DNA from: Paraspadella gotoi | Taxonomy: Eukaryota; Animalia; Chaetognatha | Length of the DNA stretch: 64,000 nucleotides | Assembly (NCBI GenBank): GCA_051294375.1 | Contig: CM119263.1 | Location: 17,404,171-17,468,170 of the forward strand | Reading direction: 5' to 3' | Shown here: positions 1 to 15,444 of the stretch, piece by piece | Layout: each line of letters opens with the position of its first letter | How positions within the stretch are numbered: position 1 is the first letter of the stretch | Translations under genes and position numbers: made by a program | The notes under the pieces: generated by a model | Told to the model about the DNA's origin: nothing | The model's input: only the letters and a program-made list of their open reading frames with translations | Database searches by the model: none

Positions 1-585
1 CGTGGACGACAGGGCGGATATCCGATTTGACGCTCGCTCCTTTTTTTAAATTATGGTTTTACGGTTAGTTAAGCCACTTCCGATCCGAGAAGGAAACGAG
101 GACGATGAAAGCGACGACGACCACTTTTTGGGCCTCATAACGCCTACGAGATATTTTGTTTAACTCTAATGTCTAATTAATAGAGTTTGCGGCTCAGAAG
201 CATTTATATGTGATCTTATTCATGGCGGAAGAAAAAAAAACATTTTGAATAATTTTTTTCTGTAATCTTCATCTTCAACTTAATCATGTAAAAATTTATA
301 TCATCTCGTTATAAAAAAAAAATTTGAAAGTTACTCATTGTTACTAACAATGTTAGTATACTTTTATGTTTTAATTGTTCTTAGTTTGTGTCAGTTCGAT
401 ATTTTTTTCTGTTTTTTTATTTCTTTCCCTCAACTTTTTTTCCCCATTTTTATGGTGGACCATCCTTTTTTTTCCCTTCCTTCCTCTGTCTGATTCTTGA
501 TTTTTCCCGTTTCATGATGTTGAAATTTGGAAGCTAAGGCTAAAGGTCGGTTAGCTATTACCGGGATTTCAGATTTCCTCCGGCT

Positions 586-720
<135 letters not shown>

Positions 721-1485
721 CATAGGAATCGTCTGGAAAAAAAGGTTTTTTTTACCTCTTGTTATCAATACGGCCGATTTTTTTAACTCCATTCAAGTCT
801 TGATTACTCCGGAAATCTCTCGGTGCCGAATCTCAGAAAATAATTTAAACAAAAAGAAAAAAAATTCGAATACACGATCGTCGAACTTATGAAATAAACT
901 TGGTTTTATTTTGTCATATTTGCAAACTCAACAAAATTGCGGTTGATAGGCAAATTTTAAAAATATCTCAGTAATCATTCTAATTAAAAAAAATAACGCG
1001 GTTGAAGTCGTAATTCGGTCGCCATCCATATTTAATAATCCGATAAAAAAATATTCCAGGTGACGGATCCGTATTCAATCAATCGGTGGCTTTCCACTTT
1101 TTCTCTCGCGTCGACGGCCGATTCCATCAAGGATTCGGCGAAACTCTTCGTCGCGAATCTCATGGTCGTGTTGGGACTTCCGGTCGTCGGTCCTCGGTCG
1201 AGACGCTCTCCGTCCGTCTCTCCCGCTTCGCTCGCGGTCTCGCATCCTACGCTTGGCCACACCCCACTCGCCGCAAACCTCGTCCTTCGGTTCCCTCAAT
1301 TCCTCCATGGCGTGACATTCGACCTTGCCGCCCCTCGATTACCCCCAACCCCCTTTACTCCCGCTACTCCATCCCCAATTTAACCACCCCTTACGTGTTA
1401 TTTCCCGCTTCTCCCTCATTCTCTCAAACCTCCTCCACCTTTTTCCCCCTCCCAACCCCCTGCCGTGCGGCATGTCTTTTCCACC

Positions 1486-4400
1486 ATGCGTCTTCATGCT
1501 TCTGCTAATTTCGCCGGCGTCAATCATTTCCTCCTCCTCGTCGTTTTCCTCTTCCTCTTCCTTCTCCTCGCCCGCCAATCGGGCGCGTGCTCGCGTCGTC
1601 CAATCGTAAAGACGACGGTCGAGTTGTCGGCCCCGAACGCCGCTTCGGAGCCGACGTCCGCGAACTCGACGACTACGACGACGTCTCTGCCGACGCCCAC
1701 GATGACGTCGGGTTCCACTTCCGGTCAAAGGACGACGACTCGATCGACGGCGACGGCGTCTACTTCCCGCGCCCAGTCGCTGCCGCGTGAAGAGCAGCAG
1801 CCGTGTCCGGCGCCCTTGCGCGAAAACTACTGCCTCAACGACGGCACCTGCTTCATCATGGACTTACCGCAAGGTTGCTTGCCGACCGGCCGCACCTGCT
1901 TGAGCAACTGTAAATGCCGCAAAGGGTGGATGGGCGCCCGGTGCGGGGACCGCGCGATAGACAACGACGTCCTCGGCGGCGACGGAGGCGGCGACGACGG
2001 CGGCGCGGATGGCGGTCAAGGCGACGACGGAGATGACAGAGAGGCGACGATGTCGACGGCGACCTCAACGACGGCCGACGACGAAGACGACGGCGCCGGC
2101 CCGTCATGCGATCCTGGCGGCCACTGCGAGGACGACGACGAGTCTTGGAAAGGTTTGTCTTTTTACGTACATATTAAGGAATTTTTGTTTTCTTGATGCT
2201 TTTACAGAATACATTTTTTGGATCATTTTCATAGACCTAGTTGAGACTAACCTACAGGGTCTTCAATCTGGCGCGATACGAAAAGACTCGTAATTCTTTC
2301 TCTGTATATTATTTTTATGACATTATGACATTAGTTAGAAAACTACTTGATGTTTAAGTTGACCTAAAAAATGAAGTATGAAAACAAATTTTATTGTTTT
2401 AATGGGAACTGAAGGATTGATAGTAAGATCCATTTTCAAAGTAAAAATTCTGCTTCTTCAGAAATTTACCATCTGAGGAAAATATTTATAACATAGCAAC
2501 TATCCTAGCTAGAATGTTACGAATTGGTGAGAAAAAAGTATTTTTCTTTTAGTATAAAAAAATTGTATAATCTGATTGTTCTTTGTTTCGATTATATTCC
2601 AAGTTTTTTCATATCACTCCCACGATTGAAGTCCCTGTATTATTTCCTCCAGCAGTTTACGTTGTTCATTCCAAAAAATGTTTTAAAATTTTTTAAATAG
2701 GATTATTTAATAAACTAGAGCGGTTTTTTAACCTGCGCGGTGTTATTTTTCGCGAATCCAAAGACGAAAAGATGCCACCCAGGTGATAAGATTTGAGGAT
2801 TAGAGAAGAACTGTGACGATTCTCGGATTCACAAGTTCACGAATCACACCGCATATTGCAGCTCTTTGATGAAAACTACGGGTGAAGGGGAAAAAGAGTC
2901 AAAGAAGAGGATTTAAAAGATATTATTTACTGTATTATATAAAAAATAATAACCCACCCGATACATCGTTTGCTTGAAACAGTTAGGAATCTTTTGAGTC
3001 ATTGCAAATTGTGAACCGATCAATTTACTGATCTATTTAAATCTAAACCAAAATATGTCTATCGGGGTTTTTCAGTGGTACACAATAGAAGCAATTTTAC
3101 AAACATGAACGACAGACATTGTCGATATTTACATAACAATGATTAAAAAATTTATTCCCGCAGGCTCAATTGAATCAGCGACTGTGATTTCGGGATCTGT
3201 GATTTTTATCTTTTTCTGCGTCGTCGCAATTTTTGTTGCCTGGAACTGGGCCAAGAAAAAAGGCGTTGTCAAAAAGATCTCAAGTGCGAGTAAGTGCTAT
3301 GAACTAATAACGTTGTTAGAACATACGAATTTATCAGCTAAAAATAGAATTTATCTAAAAAATAAGAATCGTATGTGGGTAACATCGACGTACCCCTTAT
3401 AAACGACAAAGCGAATAAGTACTATTTAACAAAATTATATTTCACTTTTGTAACTAATCACAAGCTTTACAAATAAATAACCAGATATCTTTTTTTAAAT
3501 CTTTTTTTTCATGCTTGCCGTATTCTTTATCAATTGTCATTCTTGTTATTCTCTCTATATTCAATATAATATTGATCACCGGCTCACATCCACCATCGTT
3601 CTGCCGATCCCATTGCCTCAGAGCGGGAACGCACCATCCACAGTCCTAACGACTTGCCTCTCTGTTGGCAAAGGAAGGCCGCTCTAGGGTAACCGCGCCA
3701 GTGACAGGAGGTTGCACTGAGGGTTAGAAGCCCCCAAAGTCAACAGTGAGATGCTCCGTCCTAATGGGCATCAGGGGAAGCCCCGATGTTGCCATACAGT
3801 ATTCTTTTTAACTCTAAATCTAGCATCATTCAATGAAATTGGTACAACCAATATAAAAATTATCCATTCATTTAATAAATAAGCTATCTTTTACTTAATA
3901 TTTTTTATCAAACCTTCAAAAACCATATTTTTTCGTTTCCCTAGGATCCTTTGGTCTTCGTTGCAACTCCCCTTCCCTCAGCCAACGGTCTACTCCCATC
4001 GAACACCCTCTCAGATCCGAGAGTCTCCATTCTTCCTCCACCCAGTCCACAAACCTTTACACCCCTTGTCCACTGCCCGCCACTCGAAGCTCGACATCTG
4101 AGGGACGCCGTCCACCCGTGGCTCCTTCCGCGCCTCCTTTGCGACCGTCAAGGCCTGACCTTCTTTTGCTCGTGCCGCCGGCGCCCGAGGAGTCACCGCC
4201 GCTCGAGGTCGAATGTTCGAGACGCACGGGGCCTCCTCTTGAAGCCCGTCAGTTAGGCATCGCGAGCCGGCCCCCACCAGCTCGGTCGGTTGACCGGGAG
4301 TCCGCAGCGGGCGGCCCCTTTAAAATCTCCGACGCGGTGAGCGGGCAGCCCTCGACCGTCTTGAACGGGCTTCCTTTTACCACTTTCGACGGGCGCCCGC

Positions 4401-4747
4401 CCGACTACCCCGTCAGTCACCCGCTAAAACTGAAAGGCTTCGTCGCCCCGACGGCCAGCGGTAACCCGTATAAACTAAACGGTTTCGCGCCTACGTTACT
4501 TCCGCTGAAGCAGCCAATGATGTACGGCTGCCCCTCGAATCGCGAAGAGCGCCTTCCCGTTTCGAACGGGCACCTTCCGTCGTCAAACGGGCGCGCGCCA
4601 TCATCGTGCCCCTCTCGCCCGTCCACTCTGGGCCCGTTGATCGGAAGCACCCAGAGCTTTCAACACTACCGACCGGCTTTTCGTCCCGTGCACAGATCCG
4701 ACGTCGCCCATCCCGCCGACGTCGACGCAACGCTTACCGCCGTTTGA
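1486..4747 (+). CDS. Spitz/Keren/TGF-alpha-like transmembrane EGFR ligand, multi-exon. Exons: 1486-2152, 2235-2289, 2462-2526, uncertain exon(s) ~2701-2881, 3164-3289, 3945-4747
   Basis: CCACCATG start at 1486; hydrophobic signal peptide ending SGA|CSRR; Thr/Ser-rich stalk; EGF motif CPAPLRENYCLNDGTC...CKCRKGWMGARC followed by GDRAIDN, resembling Spitz CP..YCLND..C...C.C..GFMGQRC..KEIDN. TM exon GSIESATVISGSVIFIFFCVVAIFVAWNW is followed by KKK. GT-AG junctions keep frame (exon 3945 is in frame with ORF 4118-4747); the Pro-rich tail ends TAV*. Internal exons around 2590-2881 are not resolved. Confidence 0.85.
3576..3796 (+). mobile_element. ~220-bp interspersed structured element with a twister-ribozyme-like core (3658-3750), in the last intron of the Spitz-like gene
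   Basis: GC-rich island in an AT-rich intron, homologous to the reverse complement of 30949-31178. Contains TAA-CCGC-GCC, stem AGTG/CACT, GAGGG-TTAG-AAGC-CCCC and a closing stem CTCTCTGTTGGC/GTCAACAGTGAG. Confidence 0.6.
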
Positions 4748-4848
4748 CGGGTCAAGTGGCGCTATCGTTTGGGACGTCGTAGACGAAGACGTCAATGTTA
4801 TCTTCACAATCAAAAAAAGAAAAAAACAATTTCAAAAGAAAAAAAAAA

Positions 4849-4928
4849 TTAATACGGAGACATGATCTTCTCGCGGCGAATGCCATCGGCGAGAACGACG
4901 ACAACAGCCAGAATCACTAAAACCAATC
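4849..4928 (-). CDS. Possible terminal exon LVLVILAVVVVLADGIRREKIMSPY* of a gene convergent on the Spitz-like gene
   Basis: TTCCTAG acceptor, hydrophobic segment and stop codon; candidate upstream GC islands at 5060-5250 and 5335-5440; frame not resolved. Confidence 0.3.
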
Positions 4929-5748
4929 TAGGAAAACAATAAACGAACGAATCAAAACGAAACATGGACAATTTTGACGATTAAATCATCTTTGAAATTT
5001 AAAACAGACAAGTTAATTTACACAAACGCACGGAATTTGTGAATTTTCTTAACTATATTTGATGATAGCCGCGAGAAATAATACCACAGATTAAACTTCT
5101 ACTGAAACTACGACAGCAACATGAATATTCGCCCTCGACAATATCGAGTCGCCGCTCATTGCCGCGACGGACGTCGCCGCCGCCGCTGAAGCCGAGAGAA
5201 ATCGCCGATTCCGAAGATCGTCTCGTCGCGTCCCGACGATTTCCTCCACAAAAGAGAATTTCGTTCTTGTTTTTTCTTTCTTTTTTTTTCTCTCTTTCTT
5301 TTTCTTCTGTTTCCCTTTTGTTTTTGGGCGATACACGTAGATTGAATACCGTTGTATCGGCACGAGAGACTGGATTGACAAATGGGGAAGGGGGAATCCG
5401 CTACTTGGAGTCGGCGGGGGCTCGATTACGGTCAGGGTCATAAAAGGTCTTTTTTTTTAAGTTTATATTTTATTAATTTTTTTAACGAATATACTTTCAG
5501 ATTTTATATATTTTTTAGAAACGTTAATTCGTTTAATAATAAGCATAGAGGGAAATGATAAAAAATAAAAATGTAACAACGTAATCTAATTTGAAAGTCA
5601 TCGCTGACTCCCACGGCGTCTTCCTTCCATCTGCCACCGCAATGAGAATTACGGTCTAAGCCTTGACGACAATGACGCAAACACTAAATTCCAATGTTTT
5701 TTCATTTATAGTTAAAAAGACGGTTTGTTTTTTTCTTATTTTTTTTTT

Positions 5749-7234
5749 GGGCTTTGGCGCGGCGTGCGTTGGCGCCGGAGAAAGTAAAATTTCCTTCGAC
5801 ACAAGGGTCGTAATAACTTCTACGCCCCCGGCGACCGAGACAATGACGAAAGGGATGAGGAGGAGGAGGAGGAAGGAGGAGGTGAGACAATCGTCGGGTG
5901 GGAGGACGAGAAAGAAGAGCGATTTCTTTCTATTTGGTCAAATTGGTTTCTTAAACCAAGGTCCCAGAAGATTTCGAGTCTTGAACTAGTATACTTTCTT
6001 GAAATTTAATCACGCGGATCAAATTTAATTAGTATATAATAAATGACTTTATAAAAAAGATATTTTTTCCGCGTTCGTGGGCTAAATTGCATTGGTTAGC
6101 ACGAACCTTTTGGAAAGAATTTCATGTCTTCTACTTTCTATAAAGTTCAAAAACTACCCGGTTCTTATTTTATAACTCTTATTGTAGTTTGCAATATTGT
6201 TGGAGTCCTCGACCAGTCAAGTTGCCGAAGCGAATTGAAAAAGAACGAAAACGAGGCTGTCTCCTCGATTTTCTTAATTTTTTTTCATGATTTCGAGTTT
6301 TAAATTTTAATCGATTTTAGACAAAATAAATTTCCAAAATTTATTATTCGAATTTTAGAAGTCCAAGTTAAATAACGAATGATTGTTCTACGGCATTTCA
6401 TTTCGTTTCTCATACTTTAGTTAGAAAAAAGATCTGAACTCCAGAGAATGACGGACTGGACGCGGATTCGCCAATTGTGGGGGCTGGGTGAGGAGATAAT
6501 TTTGAAACTCACTGATCAAATGATTCTGCAGATGAATAAATAAAAAAACAAAAGGAACGGCTTGATAATTTATTTAATTCAATTAAATAAAGCATACCTA
6601 AAAATATTAACAAGAGTGCTCGTATTCGGTATCAACAGTAAAAAATGAAAGTTATTTCAATTATCACAAATTATCGGATCTCCTCGCACGCGGATAATGT
6701 ACAACTAAGAACAGTTTTTAATTCCATTTTTCAACATAAAATACAGAAACATCAAGCGTAAAGCTGATTCGTATTTGGGCTGAAAATTTAGTCTTTCCGC
6801 TCGGATTCCCGAAATAAATATTACCATTAAAAAACTATTACTAATAAATTTGTGAGTTTAATGAATTTTATTTTTTTTGGGGGGGTTCTCGTATTGTGAT
6901 GATATGCGCGACATTGACGACAATGAGCCCCGCAACGTGAATCAACAGAATAAACAAATGAGCCGTCGAGTAACGAAAGTGAATTAGGACCTACAATGAA
7001 CAATCTCATCGAGACAAAAATAAAACTTATTCGTCGCCCATCTTTTCCAAGAATTTCGTTTCCTTTGCTTTTCAACCTTTGCGCATTTCTCCAATCTCTG
7101 TATGAACGTCTGTCCAAAATGCTCTTTTACATCGCTCCGATTCTCGTTCCTTCTCTTTATTCTAATTTCATTGGCCCCGGTCTTCTTTCAGCGAATCTGC
7201 CTCTCACGCTCTCTCTCTCCCCTCTCATCTCTCT

Positions 7235-7304
<70 letters not shown>

Positions 7305-7407
7305 ATTCTTTAAATCATGAGATTTTAAGTCCTAAGGTCATCATAATTCCGGTTTGCGTGTTTTTTTTCTGCCGCTTTGATTTGCGGGCGCACGAGAATT
7401 TCTTTCT

Positions 7408-7466
<59 letters not shown>

Positions 7467-8559
7467 TCTCTCCTCTTTCTTTCTCTTTCTCTCTTTTTCA
7501 TCTCCCTACTCTGTCTCTGTCTCTTTCCGAACCTTCGCTCGATTGCTAGAAAAACCGCCGATGTCTGGCAGAGGTACGCGATATGGCGACAGGGGAGGAA
7601 GGAAAAAATAGGAAAGTGGAAAAAAAGGAGAGGGAGGAAGGAAAAAGGAGGAAAGTGGAAAAAAGGAGAGGGAGAGAAGGAAAAAGGAGGAGAGAGGAAA
7701 AAAGGAGAGGAGGGAAGGAAAAAAGGAGGAGATATAGAAAAAAGGAGAGGGAGAAAAGGAAAAAGGAGGAAAGTGGAAAAAAAGAGAGGGAGGGACAGGA
7801 AAAAGGAGGAAAGTGGAAAATAAGGAGCTGAAGGAGGCGTAAGGATCCAAGCGAAGCAGAGCAAACTACCCATCCTATCCTCCACCGGGTCGCACCAGTC
7901 TAGAGGTTTCTCCATCCGGTCTCCGACGTCTCCACGTTCTCCAACTTCTCCCTCCACTCCGACACCTCCCCGACTCGCGCCAACAACAACATCGCCCTCG
8001 CGACCATGCAATGGTTCCACCGGCAAGGTCGCAGATAAATAAACTCGCGGTTTTTTCGAATTTTTATGTTTTGTTTCCACGACCAAGCAGCGGAACCAAG
8101 GAAGCCCACAGAATAAATGAACCCGTGGAATTATAACCGATCCGACTAACAATATAAAAACTGAACAATAAACTGCACTGATCAATATGCAAAAAAAAAA
8201 AGAGGTTTTTTAAAAATATTTTAACTAAAAAAAATAATAATGTTATCTTTGTAAGTATAGTAGGGCTTGGTTGATCGTTGACAAAAAAAGGAAGAGGGAG
8301 GAACTCATAAAGGCCATCTTTCTCGATGTTCAACATCCATCAGTTTTTGACGAGTAATAGAACAATCATACTGGCAATCTTTCTTTTTTATAATCTCATT
8401 CTCTATCATAATTTCTCCTATCTCAGAGTGGCCATCTATCTTAGTCTCTTCGCTCCGTATTTTTGTCTCCCCTTTCCCTTTTCTTTTGCCAAAATCATCC
8501 AAACATATGAAACCGCAAAAAAAAGTTTTTCCTTAGTCTCCTCCCCCTCCCCTCCCTCT

Positions 8560-8631
<72 letters not shown>

Positions 8632-8705
8632 CTCTTGGTCTCCCGTGGGTCAGGAATTCCGGTTGTTCTCGATGATCAACAGATTGAAACAGGATTAAGA
8701 TTTTA
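5749..8705 (-). repeat. Inverted duplicate of ~19680-22637
   Basis: Reverse-complement colinear; for example, ORF 7325-8185(-) mirrors 20208-21071(+). Confidence 0.9.
5754..5890 (-). pseudogene. Inverted fragment of IR exon 1
   Basis: Reverse complement of 22500-22637; ends at the same AAGCCCAA junction as 11341-11353. Confidence 0.55.
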
Positions 8706-8730
8706 NNNNNNNNNNNNNNNNNNNNNNNNN

Positions 8731-11353
<2,623 letters not shown>

Positions 11354-11378
11354 NNNNNNNNNNNNNNNNNNNNNNNNN

Positions 11379-12420
11379 ATGTTCTTCTACTTTTCTATAA
11401 AGTCAAAAACTACCCGGTTCTTATTTTATAACTTCTATTGTTTTTGCATATTGTTGGAGTCTCGGCAGTCAAATTTGCCGAATGCGAAATTGAAAAAGAA
11501 ACGAAACGGAGGCTGTCTAACTTCGAGTTTCTAATTTTTTTCTGATTTCGAGTTTTACAATTTTATCGATTTTAGACAAAATTAAATTTCCAAATTTATT
11601 TTATCGAATTTTTTAGGGGAAGTCCAAGTCTAAATAACGAAATTGATTGTTCTACGGCATTTCATTTCGTTCTCATATAGTTTAGAAAAAAAAAGATCTG
11701 AATCAAGAGAATGACGGACTGGACCGGATCGCCAATTGTGGGGGCTGGGTGAGGAGAACTAATTTTTTGAAAACTCATGATCAAATGATTTCTGCAGATG
11801 AATAAATAAAAAAACAAAAGGGAACGCTTTGATAATTTATTTATCGAATTTAATAAAAGATACCTAAAATATTAACAAGAGTTGCTCGTATTCGGTATTC
11901 ACAATAAAAAAATGAAAGTTATTTCAATTATCACAAATTATCGGATCTCCTCGCACGCGGATAATGTACAACTAAGACACAGTTTTTATTCCATTTTTAC
12001 ACTAAAATACAGGAAATCAGTCGTAAAGCTGATTGTATTTGCTGAAAATTTAAGTCTTTCCGCTCGGATTCCGAAATAAATTTACCATATTAAAAATAAA
12101 CTATTACTAACTTAATTTGTGAGTTAATAACTTATTTTTTTGGAGGGGTCTCGTATTGTTGATGATAATTGCGCGACATTGACGACAACTGAGCGCAACT
12201 GAATCAACAGCAAAAACAAGTAGCTCGAGAACGAAAGTGAATAGGAACCTAGCATGAACAATTCTCATCGAGACGAAAATAAAACTTATTTCGTCCGCCA
12301 TCTTTCCAAGATTTCGTTTCCTTTGCTTTTTCAACCTTTGCGCATATTTCTCCAATCTCTATATGAACGTCTGTCCCAAAAATGCTCTTTACATTCGCTC
12401 CGATTCTCGTTCCTTCTCTT
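11379..12420 (-). repeat. Further noisy inverted copy of ~21240-22265 (same orientation as 6125-7155)
   Basis: Colinear with 6125-7155, with a higher indel density. Confidence 0.85.
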
Positions 12421-12466
12421 TTCTTTTTTTGGTTCGAGAATCGTCATTATTCTCTCTCTCCTCTCG

Positions 12467-12507
<41 letters not shown>

Positions 12508-13072
12508 CTCTTCTCTCTCTCTCTCTCTCTCTCTCTCGTTGTCGAGTTTTAATTTCTATTTAAATAATATGAAACGAAAAAAGAAAGAACGAATTCGCGT
12601 AAACGTATCTTCATTTTTCTCGTTGACTTTTGACCCAAATTTTGTCCAAACCGACCGATTTTCATCCAAACGTTTGAAATTTCTAGACTAATTTTTCTTT
12701 CTTTTCCATACATAGTTTTAAATTTTCGTAGGTTAATTGAATAATTTTTAAAATTTATGTTTTATTAAAATTTATTCGAATATATGTTTATTAAATTACT
12801 GTTCTTTACGAATTAACTCAGACCCTAAGGGTTGCGAACCATTTCGATCATAGAATTTTGTATGCGAATTCCGTAAAATCAAAATAATTCGGAAAACGTC
12901 TCAAGGTCAGGCAGTCCTTCAGTTTCGCTAAAATTGATGTCTTTTTATTTGGTATTTTATATTTTTTTTCTTCCATGTTCTAATAAAAACAAAAAACAAA
13001 TTTTGATTAAAGTGGAGATTTTAAAAGGAGAAAGAGGGAGATCAGAAAGAGGGAGAAATAAAGAGAAGAATG

Positions 13073-13165
<93 letters not shown>

Positions 13166-14611
13166 GGAGCGCAATTCCCTCCAATCTTCCCCCGGCGGCC
13201 GAAGAACAAATAATTCCGTGATTCTTTTTCCGTCGAAAAAAAAAAAAACTGAAGATAAAAAGAGAAAAAAAAGAGAATTGAAAGAAAGGCAACTAAAATG
13301 AAAATGAAAAAGAAAAAGAAAAGTAATCTCAAAGTCGGTGGATTCTGCAGCCAAAGCATCAAGCATGGGAGTCTCTTTGTCTCTCTGTCTCTGTCTCTCA
13401 TTTCTTCGCCTCGGTCTATCTCATCGCTTAATCGAAAACTAAGCCGAGGGGCGAACCGAACCTCGAAAGACAAAATTGATCAAAAATGAGAAACTTTCAA
13501 AAATTGATCATTTTCGGCGATTGTTTTTATTTTACACGTTTTCTCTTGCGTATTAGCTTCCCGTTTTTTTGGGGTTTTTTTATTTCAAGACAGAATATTG
13601 AGTCCTACTTTTTTTCAATGCCTGTGTCTTTAAAAATGATTTCCATTTCATCGCAGGAGACTCAACCTCACCTAAAGTGAAATAAATAATATTCTTTTCA
13701 TATTTTTTTAAAAAATTTTAGTTGCCACGCCAATTATTATTTCTCGACCAAGAAAAAATGGAAAGATGAATCGTTTATTCTCTGGGTCATAATTAGTCGT
13801 GTTTGCTTTAGTAGTTTTCGTGTACGAAGTCATACGCGGAACAGAAATTGTCTCAAAATTAATAATAAATTTACATGTCTCAGATTTGTAACCGAACTGA
13901 ATACGAGGGGGAAAGAAGACTCGAATACGCATGAGATCGAGTTAATTTCACTAAACTGAACCGGGTTTGTTTTGTGTTTTCGTCTCGAAGCGCGCAAAGA
14001 AAAAAGAGGCAGCGTGGACGACAGGGCGGATATCCGATTTGACGCTCGCTCCTTTTTTTTAAATTATGTGTTTTAACGGTTAGTTAAGCCACTTCCGATC
14101 CGAGAAGGAAACGAGACGATGAAAGCGACGGACGACCACTTTTTGGGCCTCATAACGCCTACGAGATATTTTGTGTTAACTCTAATGTCTAATTAATAGA
14201 GTTTGCGGCTCAGAAGCATTTATATGTGATTCTATTCATGGCGGAAGAAAAAAAAACATTTGAATAATTTTTTTCTGTAATCTTCATCTTCAACTTAATC
14301 AAGTAAAAATTCATATCATCTCATTATAAAAAAAAAAATTTGAAAGTTACTCATTGTTACTAACTATGTTTTTTGTTTTAATTTGTTCTTAGTTTTGAGT
14401 CAGTTCGATATTTTTTTCTGTTTTTTATTTCTTTCCCTCAGACTTTTTTTCCCCATTTTTATGGTGGACCATCCTTTTTTTCCCTTCCTTCCTCTGTCTG
14501 ATTCTTGATTTTTCCCGTTTCATGATGTTGAAATTTGGAAGCTAAGGCTAAAGGTCGGTTAGCTATTACCGGGATTTCAAGATTTCCTCCGGCTTTACCT
14601 CCTCTCTCTCT

Positions 14612-14671
<60 letters not shown>

Positions 14672-15444
14672 CATTCATAGGAATCGTCTGGAAAAAAAGG
14701 TTTTTTTTTTACCTCTTGTTATCAATACGGCCGATTTTTTTAACTCCATTCAAGTCTTGATTACTCCGGAATCTCTCGGTGCACGAATCTCAGAAAATAA
14801 TTTAAACAAAAGAAAAAAAAAATCGAATACACGATCGTCGAACTTATGAAATAAACTTGGTTTTATTTAGTCATATTTGCAAAACTAACGAAAATTGCGG
14901 TTGATAGACAATTTTAAAAAATATCTCAGTAATCATTCTAAATTAAAAAAAATAACGCGGTTGAAGTCGTAATTCGGTCGCCATCCATATTTAAATAATC
15001 TCGATAAAAAAAAATATTCCAGGTGACGGATCCGTATTCAATCAATCGGTGGCTTTCCACTTTTTCTCTCGCGTCGACGGCCGATTCCATCAAGGATTCG
15101 GCGAAACTCTTGTCGCGAATCTCATGGTCTGTTGGGACTTCCGGTCGTCGGTCCTCGGGTCGAGACGCTCTCCGTCCGTCTCTCCCGTTCGCTCGCGGTC
15201 TCGCATCCTACCGCTTGGCCACACCCCACTCGCCGCAAACCTTCGTCCTTCGGTTCCCTCAATTCCTCCATGGCGTGACATTCGACCTTGCCGCACCCTC
15301 GATTACCCCCAACCCCCTTTACTCCCGCTACTCCATCCCCAATTTAACCACCCTTACGTTTAATTTCCCGCTCTCCCTCTTCTCTCAACCCCTCACCTTT
15401 TTCCCCCTCCCAATCCCCCTGCCGTGCGGCATGTCTTTTCCACC

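Noticed and set aside
3576-3796. Element as a hammerhead or HDV-like ribozyme, 7SK, SRP or RNase P RNA
   Set aside because: No CUGANGA/GAAA core, no HDV P3-L3 plus J4/2 arrangement, and none of the conserved boxes of those RNAs; the twister-like spacing fits better.
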